Origin: a virus
Strand: one strand, 5' to 3'
DNA length: 64,000 bases
IMG/VR virus record: IMGVR_UViG_3300042290_000544
Shown here one piece after another: positions 29,834-38,951 of the stretch (positions are counted from its first letter, which is position 1; each line of letters starts with the position of its first letter). Made by a program: the position numbers and the translations under genes. A model generated the notes under the pieces. The model had not been told where the DNA came from, searched no databases, and saw nothing but the letters and a program-made list of their open reading frames with translations.

Positions 29834-31147
29834 TTAGTTCAGATTAATTGTCGAACCATTAATTGTTACGGCGCCCGAAGCGGTAACTCCGATTGTGGAT
29901 GAACCATTTACAGAAATTGCTCCGGAGACCGTAGTGTTCTGGGTCGAACCGAATGTCTCAGTTACGGCACCATCAATTGTCATATTCAGTGTTGAAAGAG
30001 ATTCGATCTTCATATATTCCTTTGATACGAAAACCAAATGGCCATTGGTGGTTAGTTCGAGATGAGAGCCCGTGAACTCCTGTCTCTTACCCACAACGAT
30101 ATGACTATCGTCTCCTCCCACAAATAAATCTAAATTACCGCCTACGGTCTCCGCCTTATTCTTGTCAATAAGTATTGTTGCATTACCACCGATGCGTTCA
30201 ATTGAATTGGAGGTAATGTTGGAAGCAAACTCTTGGCCAATTTCGATTTGTTCCGATTTACCAATTTTAGACTGACGCGAGCCTTTAATGTATTCAGTTT
30301 TGTTACCTTCAACCTCAAGATGATAGTTACCCTTTACAAGATGCCTAAAATCACCATCAACCGTAAGATTTGCCGATCCTTTAATGTAGATATTGTCGGC
30401 GCCTATAATAACGGTATAGTTATCACCCACAATTGTTGTGGTCTTATTACCGGCATAATCAATTTCATAATAGGTACCCGACTTATGCATCTCAAATAGG
30501 CGTTCCGCTCCGGAAGTGTCATCCATTTCTTTCACATGACCCGATTCGCTATGAAACGAGTGGTTACTTGGATAGATAGGATTTACTATGGTATCAACAT
30601 CCCAATTGCTCCAGGTGTTTCGGGTATAATATGAACTTGCTTCCGGTACCGCGACGGAAGATAGTTTACCCGGAACCGCAGTTTCAATCTTTTCCTGGCG
30701 CAGTTGTTTCCGTTTTATGTAGCTTTCGGTCTTGGAAAACTCGCTTCTAGATTCTTTGGGTAGATCAATGGTACCTGGATTCTTAGGATGAACATTACTT
30801 GGATCCGAAAAACCCTTTAGTGGATTACCACCCATTGTCATTGATGGAACTGTACCCATCACAATTGGATCCTGTGCAGATTTACCGTCACGAAAGAAAC
30901 CTATTACCCATGAACCTCGAAGAACACCCGTTGCCGATTGGCCAATACCGCTCATACCCGCGGAGGTAACGGGAGTCATTACTAATGCCCAAGGGAGTGA
31001 TTCTGTCGGAATTTCCGCTTTGTCATCGGTATGGTAACCAAAGCAACGGACCCGAACTCTACCCATTTGCATAGGGTCAATAATGTCCTCAACCACACCG
31101 GTAAACCAAGCAAACTCACCGCCAATATATTGATCAAGACTGTTCAT
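29834..31147 (-). CDS. gp5: baseplate central spike (OB-fold + beta-helix, no lysozyme domain)
   Basis: WFTGVVED..DP..GRVRVRCFG.H, GFFRDG..AQ.P, YP.NH..SESGH.KE.DDT.GAER, then VxGN beta-helix repeats. Confidence 0.92.
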   Translation of the reverse strand: MNSLDQYIGGEFAWFTGVVEDIIDPMQMGRVRVRCFGYHTDDKAEIPTESLPWALVMTPVTSAGMSGIGQSATGVLRGSWVIGFFRDGKSAQDPIVMGTVPSMTMGGNPLKGFSDPSNVHPKNPGTIDLPKESRSEFSKTESYIKRKQLRQEKIETAVPGKLSSVAVPEASSYYTRNTWSNWDVDTIVNPIYPSNHSFHSESGHVKEMDDTSGAERLFEMHKSGTYYEIDYAGNKTTTIVGDNYTVIIGADNIYIKGSANLTVDGDFRHLVKGNYHLEVEGNKTEYIKGSRQSKIGKSEQIEIGQEFASNITSNSIERIGGNATILIDKNKAETVGGNLDLFVGGDDSHIVVGKRQEFTGSHLELTTNGHLVFVSKEYMKIESLSTLNMTIDGAVTETFGSTQNTTVSGAISVNGSSTIGVTASGAVTINGSTINLN

Positions 31148-32511
31148 ATACGAATTGTTCTAAATGAAAACGGTAATGAATCCTTCTTTATTTTAAGGTC
31201 CATTGTATATTCTTCCGAGAATTTATGCGCAACCGCGGTTACCACATACTTACCCGAGAAGAATTTATCCTGCATTTTATCACCTTTACTGTTATCGTTC
31301 TGTACGGTTGCTTCAGGATCAATCGAGGGTGCAATGCTTAGATTGATTGCAATACCTGAATTGACCTTAAAATCACCAGCCAACGATATATCATGGATGA
31401 TCGAATCCAAGTTTTCAATATGAGCCTGTGCTTTATTGATGGATCCATCCAGAGTCGGAGCATGGTAATTACCTTCCACACCATTAAATGCATTGTGGTT
31501 GGTCGATACAAAATTAATTTTAGAGTTCGGATAGTTTGCCATCGTTTCGGAAGTATCTTCTGGCCAAAAGAAAGGTGACAGAATTTCATTGGCGTCCACC
31601 GAACTCATTTTCTTAAATTCATTCTCATAGTTAAACACACTACGAGTAAGAGTCTTTGTTGAAAGATCAAGATAGTTTGTGGTGGAAGCATATGCACCAT
31701 TGGAGCCAGCAATGTATTTTGACATTCTAAAGTCGGAACTCATCGTCATAATTCTCCTTGCGCGTTCTTTATAATCGGCTTTTATATGCGCATCATTCTG
31801 TCTGTCCGACTCGAGAAATTTACCATCTCTGTATTCTCGGTATGGTTGCTTTAATGCCATATCCGTCTGAGCATCCAAACGTATATCACCATTTAATGTC
31901 TGATAGCAATAGAATGGACTGCCGCTTCCATCATAGGCTCTCCGTAATGCCCAAAAGATAGCGTCCAATGGGTTCATATTCGGAACAATAAACTTAGCAG
32001 AAACTGTGGCTGCACTAGAAATAATGACCTTTTTAGGATCGACTCCGAGGTCGGTAATAAGAACACCCTTCACAAAGTCTCCGATATTTCCCGAATATGC
32101 ACGGGAAATACGTTTCAGTTTTGAGATAAATGCAAATGGTGAAATACCTGTAATGCTATACACCTGCAAACGGTTATTCATTTTACCGAGAAGAGGGTAT
32201 TCGCTTACATAGAAATTTAAATTAATAATCTCCTCGTCATTGGATCCAAAGTCTTTTCGGGCAAGAATAACGTTGATCTTTTCTTGGCCCGTAAATTGGT
32301 ATTCTTCAACTAAATTTACTGGGTCCTTTACATTCATTGTAAGCACCAGAGATGATCTATAGATGCTTTCAGTAATTGTAAAATCGGTTACTAATGACCG
32401 AATATCAGCCTGGTCACCCGAATGATTCGTAATTGTGACCTCTTGTAAAGAATACGCCGTAGGCAATAATGCCACCGACGAATTAATTGAAATGCCTGTA
32501 ATATTAGCCAT
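31144..32511 (-). CDS. baseplate hub protein (gp27-like)
   Basis: Position between gp53 and gp5; ITESIY, FTGQEKI and SGKYVVTAVAHKF motifs. Confidence 0.7.
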   Translation of the reverse strand: MANITGISINSSVALLPTAYSLQEVTITNHSGDQADIRSLVTDFTITESIYRSSLVLTMNVKDPVNLVEEYQFTGQEKINVILARKDFGSNDEEIINLNFYVSEYPLLGKMNNRLQVYSITGISPFAFISKLKRISRAYSGNIGDFVKGVLITDLGVDPKKVIISSAATVSAKFIVPNMNPLDAIFWALRRAYDGSGSPFYCYQTLNGDIRLDAQTDMALKQPYREYRDGKFLESDRQNDAHIKADYKERARRIMTMSSDFRMSKYIAGSNGAYASTTNYLDLSTKTLTRSVFNYENEFKKMSSVDANEILSPFFWPEDTSETMANYPNSKINFVSTNHNAFNGVEGNYHAPTLDGSINKAQAHIENLDSIIHDISLAGDFKVNSGIAINLSIAPSIDPEATVQNDNSKGDKMQDKFFSGKYVVTAVAHKFSEEYTMDLKIKKDSLPFSFRTIRI

Positions 32512-33388
32512 TTAACAGATTCTTGTATGCCTGCGCAAACTGATAAATTGCTTTTGGACGAACTACTCGGATTTTTGATCTTTCTTCATTCAGAGTTGTT
32601 TCATGCTGAAAATTAGAAATTGCCGTAAGGTCTCCGTCTGTGGTTCCGGGTTGTACTCCGGGTCCGCCATTATCTATGGTTTTACTTTCATCAATGTTTA
32701 AGGCATTATATGAAATAAGACCATTCGCATCTTCGTAGTGGTGCGGAGCATCACGATGAGAATATACCTCATACGTTGAAACAATATCACCTGATAAGTT
32801 ACCTCTGATGTTTTCGGAGATTAACTGATTGGGATTTCTTGTATCGGCAAGAAAGGTACCCGTTACACTTCTTAGTACCAATTGACACATCTGAACATTC
32901 TTTTCTTTTAGAATACCAGTGGCTCCCGAAGTCATACCAACAATAGTCTCACCCCGGAAATATGAATGTGATGCCACATCAAATCTGTCAATAAGGTTGA
33001 ATCTATCTGCCAGAGAATTTGCAACCTGGGCGATCAGACCATCTCCCGTGACAACGTATTTTGGACGAGTCTGAATAACTGTGCCACCATATTCAAGATT
33101 CATATAGTCTTCAAACTGAGTTCCCGTCATCGGCCAACCGGAAAGACCATTCTTTAAGTGATCGTTACAAAGAAAAAAGGTCCAATAGTATTCTGGGGTA
33201 CCGTAAAGAGCATTTGATACGATGTCGGGACGGTCGCCGTCCTTAATGTCGTAATACTCATATGTTGCAAGGTCATCAAAAAAGGTCTCATCAATTTTGA
33301 TAAAACGAAATAAATCAACGATTGTTGTATCTATTCCATTCTGTTCAAAATCATAGGTGGTTTTCGGAAACTGTCTGAAGAAGGCCAT
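32504..33388 (-). CDS. gp53: baseplate wedge component; start revised to 33388
   Basis: MAFFRQFP, YDIKDGDRPDIVS..LYG...YYWTF..N and HHYE motifs. Confidence 0.88.
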   Translation of the reverse strand: MAFFRQFPKTTYDFEQNGIDTTIVDLFRFIKIDETFFDDLATYEYYDIKDGDRPDIVSNALYGTPEYYWTFFLCNDHLKNGLSGWPMTGTQFEDYMNLEYGGTVIQTRPKYVVTGDGLIAQVANSLADRFNLIDRFDVASHSYFRGETIVGMTSGATGILKEKNVQMCQLVLRSVTGTFLADTRNPNQLISENIRGNLSGDIVSTYEVYSHRDAPHHYEDANGLISYNALNIDESKTIDNGGPGVQPGTTDGDLTAISNFQHETTLNEERSKIRVVRPKAIYQFAQAYKNLLNG

Positions 33389-33392
33389 TGTA

Positions 33393-34163
33393 TTATTTTG
33401 TTGAGAGCGCTGCAATTTCCTGACGGGTCAGAGCTTTAATCTCTTGGAATTGAATGGCAACATCAACCTCAAGAGGGCTTCCATCATCATGGAACATATT
33501 AGTCGAAGAATTAAATGTAGTGGTAAGACCCGTAAGGTATGAAGTATAAATTCCTGGAATGTGTTTATTATTTTCAATACCTTTACCGTCAAAAAATTTA
33601 ATCGACCAGGTAGGAGGATATGCCATGATCACGTCGGTACCGATCGGATACATTTTTTCTTGAAATGTCCGTATAATTTCTCTGGCGGCATACGAATCTT
33701 TTAAGGTTCTGCTTACCAACTTAAAATTAAATTGGAATGAACGTATATTAGAATTTTGAAAGGTCGTATTAGTATTTGGAGCAATTACTTGCTTATTTGC
33801 AAAATCAATCACGTTTGCGACCTGTTCTTGTCTAAGAAGCTGTCGTGCGGCAATTGATGCTGCTGCCGCTACATTTGCACTTTTAGCTTTTGCTAAAAGT
33901 TCATTTCCCGCGGTTTTAGCCCCTGCCCCAATTGCGTTTGCTAGATTACCCTCTCCAGCAGCAGCAACCATACCCTTTGCCGCAACATCGCCTAAAATTC
34001 CTAAATCAATCGTCGAATACGTCATCGAATCGGAGAAAGTAAGACCCTGTGGGATGGGAAAAAAGATAGGTTTAGCATCATTATCCGCACACGTAAAATT
34101 GACACAGGGCCAAGCCTTAAAATCATCTCGGAGTTCTTGGGGGAATGCTAGAATAGAAGACAT
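33393..34163 (-). CDS. gp48: baseplate tail-tube cap
   Basis: PN...FQ...RSFQFNFKL, P.EVDVAIQFQE..LTR; divergent from gp4. Confidence 0.8.
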   Translation of the reverse strand: MSSILAFPQELRDDFKAWPCVNFTCADNDAKPIFFPIPQGLTFSDSMTYSTIDLGILGDVAAKGMVAAAGEGNLANAIGAGAKTAGNELLAKAKSANVAAAASIAARQLLRQEQVANVIDFANKQVIAPNTNTTFQNSNIRSFQFNFKLVSRTLKDSYAAREIIRTFQEKMYPIGTDVIMAYPPTWSIKFFDGKGIENNKHIPGIYTSYLTGLTTTFNSSTNMFHDDGSPLEVDVAIQFQEIKALTRQEIAALSTK

Positions 34164-34178
34164 AAATATCTATTTATA
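34161..34178. promoter_or_regulatory. back-to-back divergent late promoters (CATAAATA on plus, TATAAATA on minus)
   Basis: CATAAATA at 34161-34168 and tatttata at 34171-34178; each touches the start codon of the opposite gene. Confidence 0.75.
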
Positions 34179-34618
34179 TGACATATAAGGGCACCTTCAC
34201 ACCTAAGAATCCATCCAAATATCGAGGCAATGTGTCGAACATTGTCTATCGTTCTCTCTGGGAGCGACAGCTCTTTAGATGGCTCGACGAACAGTCATTC
34301 ATTGCGTCATGGTGCTCGGAAGAGGTTGTGGTACCGTACCGCTGTAAGACGGACGGACGGATTCATCGGTACTTTGTCGATGTCAAGTTTGAATTTACCG
34401 ATGGGCGCGTAATGTTGATCGAGGTAAAACCCAAGAAAGAAGTGAGTCCACCCAAGAATCCTGGTAAAAAGACTAAGAGATACATTACCGAGGTCATGAC
34501 ATATGCAAAAAACATCTCTAAATGGGAAGCGGCAACCGAGTACGCGAGCGACCGAGGGTGGATTTTTGAGATTTGGGACGAAGACATGCTCCGTAAGTTG
34601 GGCATTAAGATACTCTAA
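34178..34618 (+). CDS. gp4: head completion nuclease
   Basis: YKG.F.PKNPSKYRG..NIVYRSLWE, HRYFVD, IEVKP and KWEAA. Confidence 0.93.
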   Translation: MTYKGTFTPKNPSKYRGNVSNIVYRSLWERQLFRWLDEQSFIASWCSEEVVVPYRCKTDGRIHRYFVDVKFEFTDGRVMLIEVKPKKEVSPPKNPGKKTKRYITEVMTYAKNISKWEAATEYASDRGWIFEIWDEDMLRKLGIKIL

Positions 34619-34623
34619 ACACA

Positions 34624-34631
34624 TATAAATA
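34624..34631 (+). promoter_or_regulatory. T4 late promoter TATAAATA
   Basis: Exact consensus 6 nt before the gp2 ATG. Confidence 0.85.
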
Positions 34632-34637
34632 GAACTA

Positions 34638-35237
34638 ATGCCAGTCTCACTCTTCACAACACTTGAAAAAGAATTCAACTCCACGGGGTTTGAAAAGCGT
34701 TCGATTGAGGCAAAGGATTGGTTCATTCAGAGAGTAAAGGAGCTAAATGGTAGAATCAATCGTAGGGCGCTCCTCAACGACGATAAGGTGCAACAGCGTT
34801 CAAAGGCAATTTGGGGCAATATGTACATGTTTGCCTATGATCCTAAGTTCAAAGAGGAACTTCCGTATTACGATAGATTTCCGTTGGTTTTAGTAATCGG
34901 TCCCGCGACCGGAGGTTTCCTTGGTCTCAACCTACACTACCTACATCCAAAGATCCGGGCCAAATTTCTTGATAAACTGCTTGGCACCCTTTCCGATGAT
35001 AAACTTACAGAGAAAACTCGGCTCAAGATTCGTTATAGCCTCCTTGCAAGTGCCCGAAGACTCCGTGAATTTGCACCTTGCCTCAAGCACTATCTTACGG
35101 GTCATATGAAAACCCGCCCATCTCAGGTATTCGCACCCGACTGGGAAACAGCAATCTTCCTACCAACCGAACACTTTAAAGGTGGCACAAAGACTCAGAT
35201 TTGGTTGGACTCTCGCAAACAGTATTCCGCGCGATAA
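34638..35237 (+). CDS. gp2: DNA end protector protein
   Basis: MYMFAYDPK.K..LPYYDRFPL, GLNLHYL, PCLKHYL and W..AIFLPTE.F. Confidence 0.93.
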   Translation: MPVSLFTTLEKEFNSTGFEKRSIEAKDWFIQRVKELNGRINRRALLNDDKVQQRSKAIWGNMYMFAYDPKFKEELPYYDRFPLVLVIGPATGGFLGLNLHYLHPKIRAKFLDKLLGTLSDDKLTEKTRLKIRYSLLASARRLREFAPCLKHYLTGHMKTRPSQVFAPDWETAIFLPTEHFKGGTKTQIWLDSRKQYSAR

Positions 35238-35240
35238 TTT

Positions 35241-35762
35241 ATGTCATCAATTAACGACTTAAAATCCCAGTTAATTAAAAGAAGCGGTCCTGCTCATCAG
35301 AATCGGTTTAAGCTCATGGCCACGCTACCACCGGCGGTGAGGTCACTTACAAACTCAGAGGATCTAAATATCCTATGTGAGAATTGTACACTTCCGGGAA
35401 GACAGATCAATACCTTCGACTATCAGCTATTGAGACAGTCTATTAAAATTCCGAATGGATACATTAACGAAGATGTAAATTTTACTTTTCTTCTTACAAA
35501 CGACTACCACATTAAAAAGGTATTTGATCTTTGGTCTTCAAGCACCATTGATTTTTCAACATACCGAGCCAAGTACCTTGATAGTTACGCTGGCACATTT
35601 GAAATTTGGCAATTGGATAAAAATGACAGAAAGGTTTATGGTGTTCGTTTAAATAATGCATTTCCTATTTCTCTGACGGGTATTGGTCTTGACAATAATG
35701 CAGAGAATACCATTCAGAAATTTAATGTAACAGTAGCATACGAGGACTTTGCTACAATCTAA
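35241..35762 (+). CDS. tail tube / tube initiator family protein (gp54/gp19-like)
   Basis: NRF, LCE...LPG, IWQLD, L.NAFP.S and F.VT.AY motifs. Confidence 0.8.
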   Translation: MSSINDLKSQLIKRSGPAHQNRFKLMATLPPAVRSLTNSEDLNILCENCTLPGRQINTFDYQLLRQSIKIPNGYINEDVNFTFLLTNDYHIKKVFDLWSSSTIDFSTYRAKYLDSYAGTFEIWQLDKNDRKVYGVRLNNAFPISLTGIGLDNNAENTIQKFNVTVAYEDFATI

Positions 35763-35804
35763 TTAGTCCTCATTGAGTGAATCACTCTACAAAATCATAA
35801 TACT

Positions 35805-36512
35805 ATGGCACTACCAATCATTGAAACACCGAAATATGAAACAAAACTTCCTTCCAGCGGAAAGAAGTTGGTCTACCGTCCGTATCTGGTAAAGGAAGAA
35901 AAGATCCTAATGATGGCGATTGAATCTGAGGATCAAAAGCAGATTATGCAGGCAATGAAGGATACTATTGCTTCCTGCACCTTTGGTAAAATTGATCCCA
36001 ATACCCTACCGATTTTTGACCTGGAATACATTTTTCTAAAACTACGTTCAAAATCCGTGGGCGAAGTTGCCAAAATTGGTATCAAGTGCACAAGTTGTGA
36101 AAAATCAACTGTGAATGAAGTAAATCTTGATGAAATCGCTGTGAATACAGAGAACGCTCCGTCCAATAAAATTAAACTGAATGACAAAATCGGAGTTATC
36201 ATGCGTTGGCCCGATGTAAATTTCATTACGGAAATGACGGGCAAATCAAAGGTCGAACAAAAAGCTGCGGCATATGACGTGCTTGTTCATTGTATTGAAT
36301 CCATTTTTGATGACAAAAAGGTATATCCAACCTCAGAACAGTCTCGGGAAGAGGTTATTACCTTCATTGAATCATTGAATCAGGTCCAATTCCAGAAGAT
36401 TCAAGAATTCATTGAGGCAATGCCAAAGCTTGAACATGAAGTTTCTTTTACCTGCAAACACTGCCAACATGAAAACAAGGTAATGCTCAGAGGACTCCAG
36501 AATTTTTTCTAA
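35805..36512 (+). CDS. gp26: baseplate hub assembly chaperone
   Basis: MALP...P.Y...LPS, RPYLVKEEKIL, FDLEYIFLKLRSKSVGE, two CxxC motifs, ends GLQNFF. Confidence 0.9.
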   Translation: MALPIIETPKYETKLPSSGKKLVYRPYLVKEEKILMMAIESEDQKQIMQAMKDTIASCTFGKIDPNTLPIFDLEYIFLKLRSKSVGEVAKIGIKCTSCEKSTVNEVNLDEIAVNTENAPSNKIKLNDKIGVIMRWPDVNFITEMTGKSKVEQKAAAYDVLVHCIESIFDDKKVYPTSEQSREEVITFIESLNQVQFQKIQEFIEAMPKLEHEVSFTCKHCQHENKVMLRGLQNFF

Positions 36513-36697
36513 TAGCCCTCTCCCACGATACACTGGTTAACCACTATCAAACGAACTTTGCAATGATGCAACATCATAAATACAGTCTTACAGAACTTGA
36601 TCATATGATGCCTTGGGAGAGGGAAATCTACGTTTCACTATTAGTTGAGCATATCAAGGAAGAAAACGAAAGAGCTAGAAAGAAATCTCAAAAATAA
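36503..36697 (+). CDS. gp51: gp51-like hub assembly catalyst in the -1 frame of gp26 (first ATG at 36563; probable frameshift extension)
   Basis: Reads LIALSHDTLVNHYQTNFAMMQHHKYSLTELDHMMPWEREIYVSLLVEHIKEENE...; not in the ORF track. Confidence 0.8.
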   Translation, partial: FFLIALSHDTLVNHYQTNFAMMQHHKYSLTELDHMMPWEREIYVSLLVEHIKEENERARKKSQK

Positions 36698-36705
36698 CAA
36701 CACCC

Positions 36706-38892
36706 ATGGCCGACGATAAAGACAGCACATTTAAAGATATTCTATATCAACTTCAGGTTGCGAATGAAGGCATGTTTGATAATATCTCGGTACTCAATAA
36801 GATTGAAAAACTTCTTGATGTGGGAAATATGCAGTCGTTGGCTTTCCAAACCGCCGAAAAAGAGGGTCCGAAAACTGAAACATCGGACGTCGGCGATAAT
36901 AAGGAGGTTGTTGCGGGATTGAGTTTTCTGGCTGATATAGGCACCTCAAGTCTAAAAACTCTAAACAGAATAGACTTTGCATCAGATATTACGATGCAAA
37001 GAATTGTGGAAATGACGGATGCAGCAAAAGCAAGCGGTCTTCAGGCATTAGAAAATAATAGGGAGATGTTTGAAGTATTTGAAAAAATTCAAGAAGCTCT
37101 AAAAAACAAACCAGAAAACCCAGAGAAACCAGACAAATCAGATAAACCAGAAATGAGTTGGGCCACATGGGCAGTTGCCGTGGGTGCAGCTCTATTGGGT
37201 TTTGTCGAAGGCTTTGTGGCAGAATTGGCAATTCAAGCCAAAGCTCTATTCACTAGACTCACTAAACTTTTAGACTTTGGTCCTCTATTAGCAAAAATTA
37301 AAGGTTCAAAGTTTGTTCTTACGATAACAAGAGCATTTGAATCCATTGTTTTATTTGGCGAACGTCTTGGTGCCAAAATGGGTGACTTGTTTAAGATGTT
37401 CAAAAACTCGAACTTTGTTACGAAAATTACCGAAGGATTCACCAAGGTTTTAGATATCGGTAAGGACTTTGGTGCAAAGGTTAAAGGTATTTTTACCTCA
37501 GTTAAGAGTTTCTTTACTAATATAATACTAAAAATTAAAAATATTGCAACAGGTATTTCTACGGCATTTGCTCCGGTAAGAGCTGCATTTGATGCGGTAA
37601 TGAAATCTTTAGGGTTTGTGGATGAAGGAGCAAAATCAGTAGGTTTCTTTGGAAGAGCCATTAAAAGTATATCGGAAAAATTCGGGTTCTTAAAAAATAT
37701 TGCAACTAAATTTTTTGGATTGGGCAAAGCATTTGGATCATTTCTAGGAAAATTCATGAAATTCATTCCTGGCATAGGAGCTGTTGTAGCAGTTATTGTG
37801 GGTATATTTGATTCAATTACAGGCTTCATCGATGGGTTTACAAAAACCGAAGGCAGTCTTATTGATAAGATTGTGGGCGGACTTAAAGGTGGTTTAACCG
37901 GACTTGTTAACGGTTTAATTGGAGGTCTCCTTGATATGCTCAAGGGTGCAGTTTCATGGATTGCAAAGGCTCTTGGTTTTGACGGTATTGCGGCAGCCCT
38001 GGACAGCTTTAGTTTTAGTGAAATTCTCGGTAAACTAATCGGCAATCTTGTCGATGGTGTTGTAGGATTCTTTACCGATCAATTTGCGGTATTTAAAGTT
38101 CTATTCGATAACATTAAAAAGATGTTTAGCGGAGAGATTGATTTTAAAACGCTATTCCTTGAACTAATGGGTGGTATCATTAGAACCTTATTGGCACCAG
38201 TAAATGCCATTGGCAAATTAGCTGGGTTCGACATTACCAAGAAGGCTCTGAGTCTATTGGGCCTTCCAGATACAGGAAGAACCGATGTTGGTGGTACTCC
38301 TAAAGCTCCAAAGGTTAAAGCCGATGCAGAAGTAAAGCCGGGAGAAAATGCTACTGAAACAAATACCGTAACAACTTCTACATCCGAAAGCATTTCTCTA
38401 TCCGACAGAGAACGTCTTGAAAAAGAAGCACTCACTTCTACATCTGCGCTAGTAACAAATAATTCTATAATTGCCGCGCCGGGACAAGTTCAAACCTTGG
38501 TTGCACCAGCAGACATTAATTTAACACCAATTGCAAATGTTAATGCGCCGATGGTCGGTAGCGATGCCGAAGTTCTAAATCGCTATGCCGAAACTGCTGA
38601 ACTTGAGGCTCCGATGGTCGGTAGCGATGCCGCAGTTCTAAGTCGCTATGCCGAAACTGCTGAACTTGAAGCAATTGATAGTCCTATTGTCGGCGCCGAA
38701 ATGAATGCACTTCAGTCAGACACGGCTCAAGCAGAAGCAGAACGTGCATCTACTCCTATTGTGATTCCTGCACCTGCATCGGGTCGAGGTGGCGACCGTA
38801 AGGTTATCAATAACTCACAGGCAATTACCTACAACTCCAATAATATGCCCGACCGTACGGGCTGGATGTTGACTCCACAATTCGGGTACTAA
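36706..38892 (+). CDS. tape measure protein (gp29-like)
   Basis: 728 aa, helical with aromatic-spaced repeats and hydrophobic segments; follows gp26/gp51. Confidence 0.75.
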   Translation: MADDKDSTFKDILYQLQVANEGMFDNISVLNKIEKLLDVGNMQSLAFQTAEKEGPKTETSDVGDNKEVVAGLSFLADIGTSSLKTLNRIDFASDITMQRIVEMTDAAKASGLQALENNREMFEVFEKIQEALKNKPENPEKPDKSDKPEMSWATWAVAVGAALLGFVEGFVAELAIQAKALFTRLTKLLDFGPLLAKIKGSKFVLTITRAFESIVLFGERLGAKMGDLFKMFKNSNFVTKITEGFTKVLDIGKDFGAKVKGIFTSVKSFFTNIILKIKNIATGISTAFAPVRAAFDAVMKSLGFVDEGAKSVGFFGRAIKSISEKFGFLKNIATKFFGLGKAFGSFLGKFMKFIPGIGAVVAVIVGIFDSITGFIDGFTKTEGSLIDKIVGGLKGGLTGLVNGLIGGLLDMLKGAVSWIAKALGFDGIAAALDSFSFSEILGKLIGNLVDGVVGFFTDQFAVFKVLFDNIKKMFSGEIDFKTLFLELMGGIIRTLLAPVNAIGKLAGFDITKKALSLLGLPDTGRTDVGGTPKAPKVKADAEVKPGENATETNTVTTSTSESISLSDRERLEKEALTSTSALVTNNSIIAAPGQVQTLVAPADINLTPIANVNAPMVGSDAEVLNRYAETAELEAPMVGSDAAVLSRYAETAELEAIDSPIVGAEMNALQSDTAQAEAERASTPIVIPAPASGRGGDRKVINNSQAITYNSNNMPDRTGWMLTPQFGY
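38545..38670 (+). repeat. 63-bp tandem duplication in tape measure
   Basis: APMVGSDAEVLNRYAETAELE followed by APMVGSDAAVLSRYAETAELE. Confidence 0.9.
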
Positions 38893-38920
38893 AAAGAGGG
38901 TCCCCTTTCGAGGACCCTCT
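38891..38920 (-). terminator. rho-independent terminator of gp32
   Basis: AGAGGGTCCTC-GAAA-GGGGACCCTCT followed by TTTT on the minus strand. Confidence 0.88.
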
Positions 38921-38951
38921 CATCATAATATAAAGATCAAGCCGATACGGA

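Noticed and set aside
34178-34618. TnsA-like transposase / mobile element
   Set aside because: The nuclease fold and context identify T4 gp4 head completion protein; no transposon ends or partner genes.
37233-38435. Antisense ORFs of 270 and 118 aa over the tape measure
   Set aside because: They mirror the codon bias of the sense gene, with no promoter or motif.
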